The position numbers were made by a program, and so were the translations under genes. Shown here piece after piece: positions 31,655 through 42,746 of a stretch of DNA of 64,000 nucleotides. The stretch is from SAR202 cluster bacterium. Lineage in GTDB: Bacteria > Chloroflexota > Dehalococcoidia > Lucifugimonadales > UBA3495. Position 1 is the stretch's first letter, and every line of letters begins with the position of its first letter. The notes beneath the pieces were generated by a model. That model had not been told where the DNA came from. It made no database searches and worked only from the letters and a program-made list of their open reading frames with translations. The stretch lies in assembly GCA_016872385.1 (NCBI GenBank), contig VGZV01000007.1, positions 735 to 64,734 on the forward strand, read 5' to 3'.

Positions 31655-32584
31655 ATGGTACAGGCCCCTGAGCGACCGGCAGAGCAAGCTCCAGCCACTC
31701 CACCTACTGGTCGTGAGCCACTGACCATGAAGTCTTTGCTGGAGGCTGGCGTCCACTTTGGGCACCAGACCCGGCGCTGGAACCCGCGCATGAAGCGCTA
31801 TATATTTACCCAGCGCAACGGGATTCACATCATTGACCTTCAGCAGACTCTCTCTTTGCTCACCGAGGCCAGCCGCGCCATGACTCAGGTAGCCGCCGAA
31901 GGCGGCAAGGTGCTGTTTGTCGGCACCAAAAAGCAGGCGCAAGAAGTGGTGCAGAGCGAAGCTGACCGTTGCGGCATGTGGTACGTTAATCAGCGGTGGC
32001 TGGGCGGCACGCTTACCAACTTCCAGACCATCCGAAGCCGCATCAACTACATGAACGAACTGCGCCAGAAGAAGGAGCAGGGATATTTCCGGATATTGCC
32101 CAAGAAAGAGGCCGCCAAGCTGGACGAAACCCTGGCCAAGCTGGAAAAGTATTTCATGGGCATTCGCACCATGAACCAGATACCCAAAGCCATTTTTGCC
32201 ATAGATATCGGCATGGAAGACATTTGCATCACCGAAGCCCGGCGCATGGGCGTGAAGGTGTTTGCCGTAGTTGACACCGATTGCGACCCGGATAAGGTAG
32301 ACCATGTCGTTCCTGGCAATGACGATGCAGTGCGTTCAATCCGCCTGATTACGGGCCGCATGGCCACCGCCGTGCTGGAGGGTCTGGAGCAGCGGGAAGC
32401 CATGATGAAGGCCCAGGAAGTTGAGCAGACGGAATCCGGCGCCGCCAGCATTGGCACCCCAGGCAGCATCCAGGGCATGAGCGCGGAGGAGCTGGAGAAA
32501 GTAATGGAGGCTGCTCCCGCCGCCACTGATGCCTTACCGGGGATGGATCCTGATACTGATGACGCAGTCCCTGGGCGCAACTAA
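31655..32584 (+). CDS. rpsB: 30S ribosomal protein S2
   Basis: LLEAGVHFGHQTRRWNPRM, RWLGGTLTNF, PGNDDAVRS. Confidence 0.97.
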   Translation: MVQAPERPAEQAPATPPTGREPLTMKSLLEAGVHFGHQTRRWNPRMKRYIFTQRNGIHIIDLQQTLSLLTEASRAMTQVAAEGGKVLFVGTKKQAQEVVQSEADRCGMWYVNQRWLGGTLTNFQTIRSRINYMNELRQKKEQGYFRILPKKEAAKLDETLAKLEKYFMGIRTMNQIPKAIFAIDIGMEDICITEARRMGVKVFAVVDTDCDPDKVDHVVPGNDDAVRSIRLITGRMATAVLEGLEQREAMMKAQEVEQTESGAASIGTPGSIQGMSAEELEKVMEAAPAATDALPGMDPDTDDAVPGRN

Positions 32585-32604
32585 TCCACAGGAGAAGGCC
32601 TTAG

Positions 32605-33845
<1,241 letters not shown>

Positions 33846-33847
33846 TT

Positions 33848-34438
33848 ATGCCGGGCACTGATGAGGGCGCAGCACAACAAACACCCGCAGCGGTCCTCTC
33901 TGATTCTGAACGGAAGATGGGCCGGGCAATCGAGGCCTTCAAGCGGGATTTGGGCACCTTGCGGACAGGCCGCGCCAGTCCCGCGCTGATTGAAAACATT
34001 ACTGTGGATTATTACAACACCCCCACGCCGCTAAAGCAACTGGGTTCCATTTCGTCTCCTGACGCCCGGGCTATCATCGTGCAGCCGTGGGACAAAGGGG
34101 CCATTCGCGAAATCGAGCGCAGTCTGCAAAAGTCGGAGATGGGCTTCAACCCCGCCAACGATGGCAACGTAATTACAGTTCCTATTCCGCCCCTGACCAA
34201 TGAGCGCCGCCAGGAATTGGTTCGCCTGCTCAAACGCAAGATTGAGGAAGGCAAGGTTTCTATCCGCAATGTGCGCCGCGACGGCATGGACTCCTTGAAG
34301 AAGCTGGAAAAGGACAAGGGCGTGTCCCAGGACGCCAGCCGGCGCGCCCAGGATCAGCTGCAGAAGACCACCGACACCTACATTCGGAACTTGGAGCAGG
34401 CCGGGGCCGCCAAGGAAGCCGAAATAATGCAGGTCTAG
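33848..34438 (+). CDS. frr: Ribosome recycling factor
   Basis: LRTGRASP, QPWD, PPLTNERR, IRNVRRD, KEAEIM. Confidence 0.97.
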   Translation: MPGTDEGAAQQTPAAVLSDSERKMGRAIEAFKRDLGTLRTGRASPALIENITVDYYNTPTPLKQLGSISSPDARAIIVQPWDKGAIREIERSLQKSEMGFNPANDGNVITVPIPPLTNERRQELVRLLKRKIEEGKVSIRNVRRDGMDSLKKLEKDKGVSQDASRRAQDQLQKTTDTYIRNLEQAGAAKEAEIMQV

Positions 34439-34441
34439 CCG

Positions 34442-35185
34442 ATGCAGGTCCGGACGGACTCGGCTTCCTCCCCTGCGCCGCGCAAGCCCCAGGTGCCCAG
34501 GCACGTTGCCATTATTATGGATGGCAATGGAAGATGGGCAAGAAAACGAGGGTTGCCGCGGCTGGCGGGGCACAAGGTGGGTGTAGAGCGCATCCAGAAG
34601 GTGCTGGAGACCCTGGGCCCGCGGGGTGTGGAGTACGTTACACTGTTCGCCTTTTCCACGGAAAACTGGAACCGGCCCTCTGAAGAAGTCCAGGGAATAA
34701 TGGCCTTGCTCCACGAGGCCCTGGAACGGCAGACCAAGTCGCTGCATGAGAAGAACGTGCGGGTAGTCCATTTAGGTAAGGTGGACCGCCTGAGTCCAGA
34801 CCTGCGGGAGGGGGTAGCCCACGCCCAGCGGCTGACCATTCACAACACCGGCATCACGTTGAACGTGGCCTTTGATTACGGCGGCCGGGACGAAATTCTG
34901 GAAGCAGTGCGGCGAATCATCCGCGAGGGTGTGCTGCCGGAAGTTGTGGATGAGGCCCTTTTCAGCCGTTACCTCTACACGGCCCATTCTCCTGACCCTG
35001 ACCTGATAATTCGCACTGGCGGTGAACTGCGCATCAGCAACTTCCTGCTCTGGCAGTCCGCCTACAGCGAGTACTACCATACCCCCACGTTGTGGCCCGA
35101 CCTGGATGCCGCCGAATTGGAACGCGCCTTGGAAGCCTTTGGCCGCCGCCAGCGCCGGTTTGGGACCGTCGCCAAAGAGGAGTGA
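34442..35185 (+). CDS. uppS: cis-prenyltransferase (undecaprenyl-PP synthase family)
   Basis: HVAIIMDGNGRWA, FSTENWNRP, RTGGELRISNFLLWQ, RRFG. Confidence 0.96.
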   Translation: MQVRTDSASSPAPRKPQVPRHVAIIMDGNGRWARKRGLPRLAGHKVGVERIQKVLETLGPRGVEYVTLFAFSTENWNRPSEEVQGIMALLHEALERQTKSLHEKNVRVVHLGKVDRLSPDLREGVAHAQRLTIHNTGITLNVAFDYGGRDEILEAVRRIIREGVLPEVVDEALFSRYLYTAHSPDPDLIIRTGGELRISNFLLWQSAYSEYYHTPTLWPDLDAAELERALEAFGRRQRRFGTVAKEE

Positions 35186-35186
35186 T

Positions 35187-36008
35187 TTGGTCCCAAGGGT
35201 GCTCACTGCCCTGGTGGGCATCCCAGTCATCCTGGCCGCCATCTGGTGGGGCGCCCCCTGGCTGACGCTGCTGGTAGCCCTGGCTGTCGCTTTGGGCCTG
35301 GCCGAGTTCTACCGTCTTACTGCCCCGGGTGTGGGACGCTTGCCCATTTTTCTGGGCATTCTGTGGGCGGTGGCCTTGGCTCTGATCGGCGGCATTGCAG
35401 AGTCGCCTTTAGGTCTGCTTCGGGCCTCCGCATGGGCCTTGCTGGTGGGGGTTTTTGCTGCCCTGTTATGGCTTATTGCCCTTTACCGGGGCGGGAAATT
35501 ACCGTTGGCCGCGATTTATCTGCTGGCCGGGCCGCTGTATTTAGGATTTTCCCTGGCCCATGCCCTGGCCCTTTATCATTGGGGAAACGACCTGGCAATA
35601 GGCCGCGGCTGGCTTTTATTTGCCCTCTTTGTTACTTTTGCTTCGGATACTGGAGCCTTTTTCACAGGAAGGGCCGTCGGCCGGCATAAAATGGCCCCCA
35701 GCATCAGTCCTGGCAAGACCTGGGAGGGAGCAGCCGGCGGGTTTCTCCTGGCGCTGCTGGCTGCGTTAGCGCTGGCCCAGGCACTTAAACTTGGTCTGCC
35801 CTTTTGGCAAGCGGGCCTCATTGGCGCCGCCACTGCTGTGGCAGCCCAGGCCGGAGACCTGTGGGAGTCCAAGCTAAAGCGGCTTTCCCGGGTTAAAGAC
35901 TCTGGGAGTATAATTCCTGGGCACGGAGGGATTCTGGACCGGTTGGACAGTCTAGTGTTTGCCATTCCTGCCGTTTATTACCTGGTGGCGGTGGTTTTCA
36001 AGGCATGA
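35187..36008 (+). CDS. cdsA: Phosphatidate cytidylyltransferase
   Basis: SDTGAFFTG, ISPGKTWEG, GDLWESKLKR..VKDSG..PGHGGILDRLD; TTG start inferred. Confidence 0.95.
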   Translation: MVPRVLTALVGIPVILAAIWWGAPWLTLLVALAVALGLAEFYRLTAPGVGRLPIFLGILWAVALALIGGIAESPLGLLRASAWALLVGVFAALLWLIALYRGGKLPLAAIYLLAGPLYLGFSLAHALALYHWGNDLAIGRGWLLFALFVTFASDTGAFFTGRAVGRHKMAPSISPGKTWEGAAGGFLLALLAALALAQALKLGLPFWQAGLIGAATAVAAQAGDLWESKLKRLSRVKDSGSIIPGHGGILDRLDSLVFAIPAVYYLVAVVFKA

Positions 36009-37132
36009 AAAACATTGTGGTACTGGGTTCCACTGGCTCCATTGGCCGCCAGACTCTGGATGTGGTGCGGGCATTTCCAGAGAGGTTCAGAGTAGTGGGA
36101 CTGGCTGCCGGAAATAACCAGCAGCTCTTGGCGCAGCAAACAGAAGAGTTCTGCCCTCAATACACGTGGAGCCTTGGCGGCCCCAGGTTCGCTCCCGGCT
36201 CCGCCTTCCTCCCCATGGAAGAGATGGTGTGCCTGCCCGGCGTGGACATAATCATGGTGGCTACCACCGGCGCAGTGGGGTTGGCGCCCACGCTGAATGC
36301 TCTCCAAAGCGGCAAGGTTGTGGCTCTGTCCAACAAGGAGCCAATCGTTATGGCGGGGCCGCTGATTAAAGAGTACGAGAGGAAGTACGGGGGGGCGCTG
36401 CGGCCCGTGGACAGTGAACCCAGCGCCATTTGGCAATGCCTCCAGGGAGAGGACGACACCATCCGCCGTCTCATCATTACCGCCTCGGGCGGCCCTTTCC
36501 GCACCACGCCGTTGTCCCAAATGGACGGGGTTACCCCTGCCCAAGCGCTGAAACACCCCACTTGGAACATGGGCCGGAAGATTACCATAGATTCTGCCAC
36601 GCTGATGAACAAGGCTTTTGAAGTTATTGAGTCCCACTGGTTGTTTAGCGTGCCCTGGGATAGAATTGAAGTGGTGGTCCATCCGCAGAGCACCATACAT
36701 TCCATGGTGGAATTTGCGGATGGGTCGGTGAAAGCCCAAATGGGGCCGCCAGACATGCGTCTCCCCATCCAGTATGCCCTGTTCCATCCGGAACGGCTGC
36801 CCAACCGGCAAATCCCCCGGCTGGACATAATCAAGCCATATTCCCTGACCTTTGAACCCTTGGATGCCCACCGTTACCCATGCTTTGGGGTAGCGCTGGC
36901 CGCGGCCAAAAAAGGCGGCACGTGTCCCGCGGCGCTTAGCGCCGCCGATGAAGTGGCAGTTAACGCCTTTCTGGATGGCAAGATCAGGTTTACCGACATT
37001 TGCCATGTGGTGGAAGAAGTGCTGGCGGAGCACCAGCCCTTGCCAGGCCAGCAGGTGGCAGAAATCCTGGAAGCGGACGCCTGGGCCACCAGGCAGGCTA
37101 AAGACATAATTGAAAAGAAGGTGTTCAGGTAA
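36005..37132 (+). CDS. dxr: DXP reductoisomerase
   Basis: LGSTGSIG, NKE, PVDSE, TASGGPF, HPTWNMG, IDSATLMNK. Confidence 0.96.
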   Translation: MKNIVVLGSTGSIGRQTLDVVRAFPERFRVVGLAAGNNQQLLAQQTEEFCPQYTWSLGGPRFAPGSAFLPMEEMVCLPGVDIIMVATTGAVGLAPTLNALQSGKVVALSNKEPIVMAGPLIKEYERKYGGALRPVDSEPSAIWQCLQGEDDTIRRLIITASGGPFRTTPLSQMDGVTPAQALKHPTWNMGRKITIDSATLMNKAFEVIESHWLFSVPWDRIEVVVHPQSTIHSMVEFADGSVKAQMGPPDMRLPIQYALFHPERLPNRQIPRLDIIKPYSLTFEPLDAHRYPCFGVALAAAKKGGTCPAALSAADEVAVNAFLDGKIRFTDICHVVEEVLAEHQPLPGQQVAEILEADAWATRQAKDIIEKKVFR

Positions 37133-37135
37133 TTT

Positions 37136-38470
37136 TTGATGGAAGCTGTTCTGATAGCTCTCGCTGCTTTTATCCCTATGCTCACCTTGTTGGTGGTGGT
37201 CCATGAGCTGGGGCATTTCTTTACCGGGAAATACTTCAAAATAAAGGTGCTGGAGTTCGGCATCGGGTATCCTCCCAGGGCCTTCGGCATCTACACGGGC
37301 CGCACCCTGGTGCGCCTGGACCAGGCCACGCAATTTGTCAATCTAAGCGGCGCGCAAGATTTGAAGCCGGGCATGCTGGTTAAGGTGGGTTCTGCGGAGT
37401 TTGGAGACGGCACTTTGGTGGCCCGCGTCATCGAATTGCCCCAGCGGGGGCGGGCCAAGGCCCCCAAAGAGGAAAAAGGCAAGGACGCCAAGGTCAAGGA
37501 CGAGTTCCTGCGCCACGAAGGCAAAATCCGCAGCGTGGATGGAAGTTCCATCATCCTTGGCGACATGGTTTATTCGGTGAACTGGACTCCCCTGGGCGGC
37601 TTTGTCAAGCTGGCTGGGGAAAACGACCCGGCGGTTCCCCGCAGCCTGGCGGGAAAAAGCGTGCTGGCCCGGGCCATTGTGCTGGCTGCTGGCTCCGCCA
37701 TGAACGCCGTCCTCCCCATCTTCATATTCTCCCTCATGTTTCTTATTCCCCATGACGTGGCCGTAGGCGACGTAACCATTGCCGAGATCCAACCCGCCTC
37801 GCCTGCCGCCGCCGCGGGGTTGCGCAGCGGCGACGTGATAGTCAGAGCCGGTGGTCGCGATATTGAGGTCCAGCAAGACCTGACCAGGGCCATCACTCTT
37901 AGCCAGGGTTCCAGCATGGAGTGGGAGGTCTTGCGGGAGGGCCAGCCGCGCATTGTGCAGATTACCCCCAGGACCAATCCTCCCGAGGGGCAGGGTCCAA
38001 CCGGAGTCCGCATTGTCACCGAAAACATCCACATGGAGACGCGCGCCGACCCTCCCTGGGGAGCAGTGCCCAAGGCCTTCACCAGCACTTGGGAGATCCT
38101 GGTGCTGTTGCGGCATGAAGTTTCCGGCTGGTTTGGCGGTGGGGCCAGTCCTGAGTTCTCCGGCCCCATCGGCATTGCCCAGGTCACCGGCGAAGTGACC
38201 CGGGAAGGGGGCTTCAACGGCTGGCTTAACCTGGCGGTGCTCTTCAGCATCAACCTGGCCATATTGAATATCCTGCCAATACCAATGCTGGACGGCGGCA
38301 GGCTGTTGTTCGTGCTGGTGGAGTGGGTACGCCGGGGCAAGCGCATCCCTCCGGAAAGGGAGGGATTGGTGCACCTGGTGGGCTTTGTCCTGCTGATTGT
38401 GTTTGTGCTGCTGATTAGCGCCAAGGACATTCAGCGGCTGCTTGAGGGGCGGAGTTTCCTGGGCGGTTAA
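37136..38470 (+). CDS. rseP: RseP-family M50 intramembrane protease with PDZ domain and an extra insert
   Basis: HELGH, PLGGFV, AGSAMN, NILPIPMLDGG; usual position after dxr. Confidence 0.92.
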   Translation: MMEAVLIALAAFIPMLTLLVVVHELGHFFTGKYFKIKVLEFGIGYPPRAFGIYTGRTLVRLDQATQFVNLSGAQDLKPGMLVKVGSAEFGDGTLVARVIELPQRGRAKAPKEEKGKDAKVKDEFLRHEGKIRSVDGSSIILGDMVYSVNWTPLGGFVKLAGENDPAVPRSLAGKSVLARAIVLAAGSAMNAVLPIFIFSLMFLIPHDVAVGDVTIAEIQPASPAAAAGLRSGDVIVRAGGRDIEVQQDLTRAITLSQGSSMEWEVLREGQPRIVQITPRTNPPEGQGPTGVRIVTENIHMETRADPPWGAVPKAFTSTWEILVLLRHEVSGWFGGGASPEFSGPIGIAQVTGEVTREGGFNGWLNLAVLFSINLAILNILPIPMLDGGRLLFVLVEWVRRGKRIPPEREGLVHLVGFVLLIVFVLLISAKDIQRLLEGRSFLGG

Positions 38471-38573
38471 GCGCCTATCCTAAAAACTCACCGCCGGGTA
38501 CGCGGAGTCCGCTGAGATAAAAGGAATCCAATACAAACTCTCTGCGGTCTTTGCGGTTATGTAGGATAGGCTC
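38471..38573. mobile_element. MITE with GAG-type ends, at the rseP stop codon
   Basis: TIR GCGCCTATCCTA / TAGGATAGGCTC flanked by TAA and TCA; 9-mer periodic inverted repeats inside. Confidence 0.7.
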
Positions 38574-38576
38574 TCA

Positions 38577-38732
38577 GAGGGTGTGCGACAATGCCCGCTC
38601 GTGGTGAGTCCCGACGTATCGGGATCCCGACCAGGTCGGGGCTTGTCGAACCATGAGCGGGCTAAAAGCTACTCATCCTTCGACAAGCTCAGGATGAGCG
38701 GGCTGGGTAGACGGCATTTCTCACACACGCTA
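38577..38732. mobile_element. 156-bp MITE, copy 1
   Basis: TIR GAGGGTGTGCGACAAT / ATTTCTCACACACGCTA; near-identical inverted copy at 48476-48631. Confidence 0.88.
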
Positions 38733-38851
38733 TAAGGAATCAGGCCACTTATGCCCGCCGATGCCTGGGCTTTTGGCCCTTCAGTCCCAGAGCCGAAGTA
38801 TGGAAGTAGGTATGGGCCTGCTGGGCTGGGGGCCATGTCCGGAAATGACCG

Positions 38852-40180
38852 CTAGCCTCCGTTCCCTGCAGCAGGCGCCGCTTGGCTGGCCTGCTGTGGT
38901 TCGGGGGTAGGTAGGGCCGGCCGCCGGGCCATGAAGAACGTAATGCCGCTGACCAGGAACAGGACCGCGTAAGGAATCAGCACCAGGTTATAGCTGCCGG
39001 TTCGGTCGCGCACCCAGCCGCCAAAGATGGGGGAAATGAACAGTCCCACGTTGAAGAATACGCTCATCAGCCCCATTAAAGAGGCGAACCGGGCGCGCCC
39101 AAAATAGTCGGCGACCAGAATCCAGTTCACGGAAGACATGCCTTCGGCCACGGCCAGCCCCGTGACAAATAACAGCGCGGCCAGTGGCCCGCCCAGCACC
39201 AGCATGGCTATGGTGCCTGCCGCGCCCAGGATCATTCCCCCCAACAGTAATCCCCGCGGCGAGAAGCGTTCGCCAGCCATCCCCAGGATAAACCGCAAAG
39301 GGATGGACATGAAGAACATGAGGGAGGCGTAAAAAGTAGCCGAGTTTTCGTCCAGCCCTTTCCATGCCAGCATGGGAAACAGGTGAATGGTGATGGCGTT
39401 GGCCGCCGCTACCCTGGCAACCACGCCCAGGAGCAAAAACCAGAAAGCCTGGGTGCGCATGGCCTGGCGAACGGTGAAGAAGACTTCCGGAGTCTGGCCG
39501 GATCGGCTCCCCGGCGGACCGCCCTGGCGCTGCGGCGGGTCGCCATCGGGCTTCAGGCCCATATCTTCCGGGCGGCTGCGCAGCGCCCAGGCCACCGGAA
39601 TGGTCAACAGGGTTACAAAGATGCCACTGTAGAGCAGGGTGGCGCGCCATCCAATGTGGACCACTCCCAGGTGAATGAGAGGCACCACTATTGCCCCGCC
39701 GCCGGCAAAGGCGGTCATAATGGTGGACATGGCTAAGGCGCGCCGCCGGATGAACCACTGGTTGACCAGCGCCAGCAGAGTCTGGCCTAGTCCGGCGGTC
39801 TTGCCCGCGGTAATTACACCGACAAACAGCAGCACCAACTCCCAGTAGGTATCTGCCCTGGACAGCAGTATCATACCAATGCCGGACAACAGGCCGCCAA
39901 ACAGGACCATGGGGCGGGCGCCGAATTTGTCCACCAGCCAGCCCACCAGGGGCCCTCCGAATCCCCCCTCGGTTCGGGCCAGACTGAAGACCAGTGACAT
40001 GGAGGTGTAGCTCAGGCCCAGGTCTTTTCGTATGGGTTCAAAAAGGCGGGAGAACCCGCTGGAGATGACCCCGTTGCCGAACATCCCCATGACTGACGAG
40101 GCTGCTACCACCCACCAGCCATAAAAAATGCGGCCTCCTGGCCGCCCTGGCTTGTTAAGCCTACCCTTTAGTGGTGGCAT
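38852..40180 (-). CDS. MFS transporter
   Basis: IFYGWWVV, GWLVDKFGAR, WFIRRR, RPEDMGLKPDG, DYFGR; start trimmed (uncertain). Confidence 0.92.
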   Translation of the reverse strand: MPPLKGRLNKPGRPGGRIFYGWWVVAASSVMGMFGNGVISSGFSRLFEPIRKDLGLSYTSMSLVFSLARTEGGFGGPLVGWLVDKFGARPMVLFGGLLSGIGMILLSRADTYWELVLLFVGVITAGKTAGLGQTLLALVNQWFIRRRALAMSTIMTAFAGGGAIVVPLIHLGVVHIGWRATLLYSGIFVTLLTIPVAWALRSRPEDMGLKPDGDPPQRQGGPPGSRSGQTPEVFFTVRQAMRTQAFWFLLLGVVARVAAANAITIHLFPMLAWKGLDENSATFYASLMFFMSIPLRFILGMAGERFSPRGLLLGGMILGAAGTIAMLVLGGPLAALLFVTGLAVAEGMSSVNWILVADYFGRARFASLMGLMSVFFNVGLFISPIFGGWVRDRTGSYNLVLIPYAVLFLVSGITFFMARRPALPTPEPQQASQAAPAAGNGG

Positions 40181-40283
40181 CCAACGCATATTGGAGGATG
40201 ATAGCAGGGTTTGCAGATTAGAGTCAACGCTGGACTGCCCCGTCAGATTAGCCAGGGCGGCGTTTTTGCTCGTTGCATTCGCC

Positions 40284-40312
40284 TTGACAGGCTTCCCTGG
40301 CTGGCCTAGAAT
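40284..40312 (+). promoter_or_regulatory. Sigma70 promoter for rplU-rpmA-rpmE
   Basis: TTGACA-17-TAGAAT. Confidence 0.75.
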
Positions 40313-40339
40313 CAAACCCACGAGGTTGAATGGACTAAT

Positions 40340-40657
40340 ATGGATTACGCTGTTTTTCGTACTGGCGGCAAGCAATACCGGGTGAAGCCCGGCGACGTGC
40401 TGGATGTGGAAAGCCTTCCCTTGGCCGTGGGCGATGTCAAGGTATTTGACGAAGTGCTGGCGGTTTCCAGGGGGGGAGAAGTCACCTTTGGCGCGCCGAA
40501 GGTGGCGGGAGCCAAAGTGGTGGTCCAAATCCAGTCCCACTATAAGGACAAGAAGGTTATAGTCTTCAAGCATAAGGCCAAGACTCGATACCGCCGTATG
40601 CGCGGGCACCGGCAGAACCTGACCCGCCTGCTGGTCCAGGACATCCAGGTAGCCTGA
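40340..40657 (+). CDS. rplU: 50S ribosomal protein L21
   Basis: YAVFRTGGKQYRV, GHRQ. Confidence 0.97.
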   Translation: MDYAVFRTGGKQYRVKPGDVLDVESLPLAVGDVKVFDEVLAVSRGGEVTFGAPKVAGAKVVVQIQSHYKDKKVIVFKHKAKTRYRRMRGHRQNLTRLLVQDIQVA

Positions 40658-40687
40658 GCGGTAGGCGCTCAGTCAGGAGGTTGAAAT

Positions 40688-40966
40688 ATGGCTCACAAGA
40701 AAGCTGGCGGCAGCACCCAGAACGGCCGCGACAGCGTCGCCAAGCGCCTCGGCGTTAAGCACTACGGTGGTGAGCGCGTGGTCTGCGGCAACATCATCGT
40801 CCGGCAGAAGGGCACCAAGTTCCATGCTGGGCGGAATGTTGGCCAAGGGCGCGACTACACTCTTTTCGCCATGACTGATGGCGAGGTCAAATTTGAATGG
40901 GCTCCTGGCGGACGCCGCCGGGTCAGCGTGTATCCAGTGGGCGCTGGTTCCCAAAAGCCAGCCTGA
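40688..40966 (+). CDS. rpmA: 50S ribosomal protein L27
   Basis: [24 protein letters not shown]. Confidence 0.98.
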   Translation: MAHKKAGGSTQNGRDSVAKRLGVKHYGGERVVCGNIIVRQKGTKFHAGRNVGQGRDYTLFAMTDGEVKFEWAPGGRRRVSVYPVGAGSQKPA

Positions 40967-40981
40967 AGCGACAGGTTAATT

Positions 40982-41182
40982 ATGAAGGCAGAGGGTCATC
41001 CCAAATTTTACGCTACTACAGTCACGTGTTCTTGCGGCAATATTTATCAGACCGGAGGCACCAAACCTGCGCTCCGGGTGGAAATTTGCAGCAAGTGCCA
41101 CCCCTTCTACACAGGCGAACAGCGCATAGTGGACACCCAGGGACGGGTGGAGCGCTTCCGCCGTCGCTACAACCTCAAGTAA
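40982..41182 (+). CDS. rpmE: 50S ribosomal protein L31 (Zn-binding type)
   Basis: [20 protein letters not shown]. Confidence 0.97.
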   Translation: MKAEGHPKFYATTVTCSCGNIYQTGGTKPALRVEICSKCHPFYTGEQRIVDTQGRVERFRRRYNLK

Positions 41183-41239
41183 TCCAGTCCTTTACCAATC
41201 GGGGGCGTGTCAGCCCTCGATTCGGTTTTTAGGGAGGCG

Positions 41240-42157
41240 GTGGTGGCCCAACCCCGCAAGTTCTTCTACGGCGGGCAGGCTGTTATTGAGGGGGTCCTCA
41301 TCCGTGGCCAGCGTTCTTCCAGCCTGGCGGTCCGCCGTAAAGACGGGACTATATCTGTTCACCAGGAACCGCTGAGCGCCCTTTACTCAGGGCGGCTGAG
41401 AAACGTGCCGATGGTGCGCGGGGTTTTGACTCTGGTGGAAACCCTGGTTTTGGGAGCAAAAGCCCTGCACCGCTCCACTCAGATGGCCATGCACGACCAT
41501 CCCTCAGTGCAGGGCCAGGAGATGTCCAGCACTGCCCTCGCTGCCACCATGACCCTGCCCATTGGGCTGGGCGTGGTGATCTTCTTTCTCCTGCCCCTAT
41601 TGATTGCCCGTGCGCTGGACCCGCTGGTGTCCTCTCCCTTGGTCAGCAACTTGGTTGAAGGGCTGATACGCCTTCTGCTGTTGTTGGGCTACATCTGGGG
41701 CATTGGCCGGGCCAAGGATATTCGCCGGGTATTTGCTTACCACGGGGCTGAGCACATGGTGGTGCATACCCACGAAGCTGGTCTGCCCCTTACCGTGGCC
41801 AACGCCAGGCGGTTTGGCACGCCCCATCCCCGATGCGGCACGGCCTTTTTGCTGGCGGTGGTGCTGGTCTCAATAATTATCTTCGCGCTGCTGGGTAGGC
41901 CGCCCATCGAGTGGCGCATTCTTTCGCGGATACTGCTGCTTCCGGTAATTGCTGCCTTGAGCTACGAGATTATCCGGTTCAGCGGCGGGCACCCTGGAGC
42001 CTGGATGGGCCGCGTGTTGGCCTATCCTGGCTTGCTGATGCAGCAGTTAACCACCCGCAAGCCAGAGGATGACCAGATTGAGGTGGCCATACACGCCATG
42101 CAGGCTGCCTTGGCGGCGGACGCTGGGCGGGAATACCAGCCGGGCGCGCTAGCCTGA
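41240..42157 (+). CDS. DUF1385 membrane protein
   Basis: GGQAVIEGV, YHGAEH, HPRCGT; usual neighbour of rpmE. Confidence 0.9.
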   Translation: MVAQPRKFFYGGQAVIEGVLIRGQRSSSLAVRRKDGTISVHQEPLSALYSGRLRNVPMVRGVLTLVETLVLGAKALHRSTQMAMHDHPSVQGQEMSSTALAATMTLPIGLGVVIFFLLPLLIARALDPLVSSPLVSNLVEGLIRLLLLLGYIWGIGRAKDIRRVFAYHGAEHMVVHTHEAGLPLTVANARRFGTPHPRCGTAFLLAVVLVSIIIFALLGRPPIEWRILSRILLLPVIAALSYEIIRFSGGHPGAWMGRVLAYPGLLMQQLTTRKPEDDQIEVAIHAMQAALAADAGREYQPGALA

Positions 42158-42248
42158 GTACGCAGTTGGCGCTCTGTTCTCTGCAAGGGGCGAAAACCTC
42201 CCGATCCCCGCGCATCTAGCCTCTCGATCCCAGCAATGAGGTGATTCG

Positions 42249-42641
42249 ATGGATCCCGTCCACGCCCGGTGCAATTCCTGCGGCCAAGAACTGGCGTCAG
42301 TCGCTTCCCAGCCCCAGGAGACCGCGTTGCCTTTTGACGCCAAACGGGAGGAAGGTAACCGCCGCCTGCAAGAGTATGCCGAAACGTTGGAACGTTTGGC
42401 TGCGCAAATTGGGGCGCTAAATGCATCGGTCCAGGCGGGCGCCGCCGGCAGCCAGCAGATTCTGGAAGTGCTGGAGGAACTGCGAAAACGTCTCCTGACC
42501 AGGCATGGGTTATGCATTCAGCGGGACTGTATCTTGTGCCGCGCCCAGGAGCAGGCGATTAAAGACCACGTGGTGCTTTACATTGACTGGAAGGTGCCGG
42601 GCACCGTGGAAAAGCTGGAGCAAGCCCGGCGCGGCCAGTGA
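42249..42641 (+). CDS. Hypothetical Cys-containing coiled-coil protein
   Basis: GAGGTG RBS; CNSC and HGLC..DC..C flanking a helical stretch. Confidence 0.6.
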   Translation: MDPVHARCNSCGQELASVASQPQETALPFDAKREEGNRRLQEYAETLERLAAQIGALNASVQAGAAGSQQILEVLEELRKRLLTRHGLCIQRDCILCRAQEQAIKDHVVLYIDWKVPGTVEKLEQARRGQ

Positions 42642-42746
42642 AGCAGCCTAAGCAGGCGTTTTGGCCCTGGGCAAGATGCCACAAATGCAGGGGCGCACCA
42701 TTCCGCGGGTGCGCCCCTGGTCTATCCCCTTGATGAGGTGGCCAGG

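Noticed and set aside
40181-40609. Long N-terminal extension of the MFS ORF (likewise for hisA, def, cdsA, pdxS)
   Set aside because: Extensions overlap neighbouring genes or promoters; downstream starts fit family lengths.
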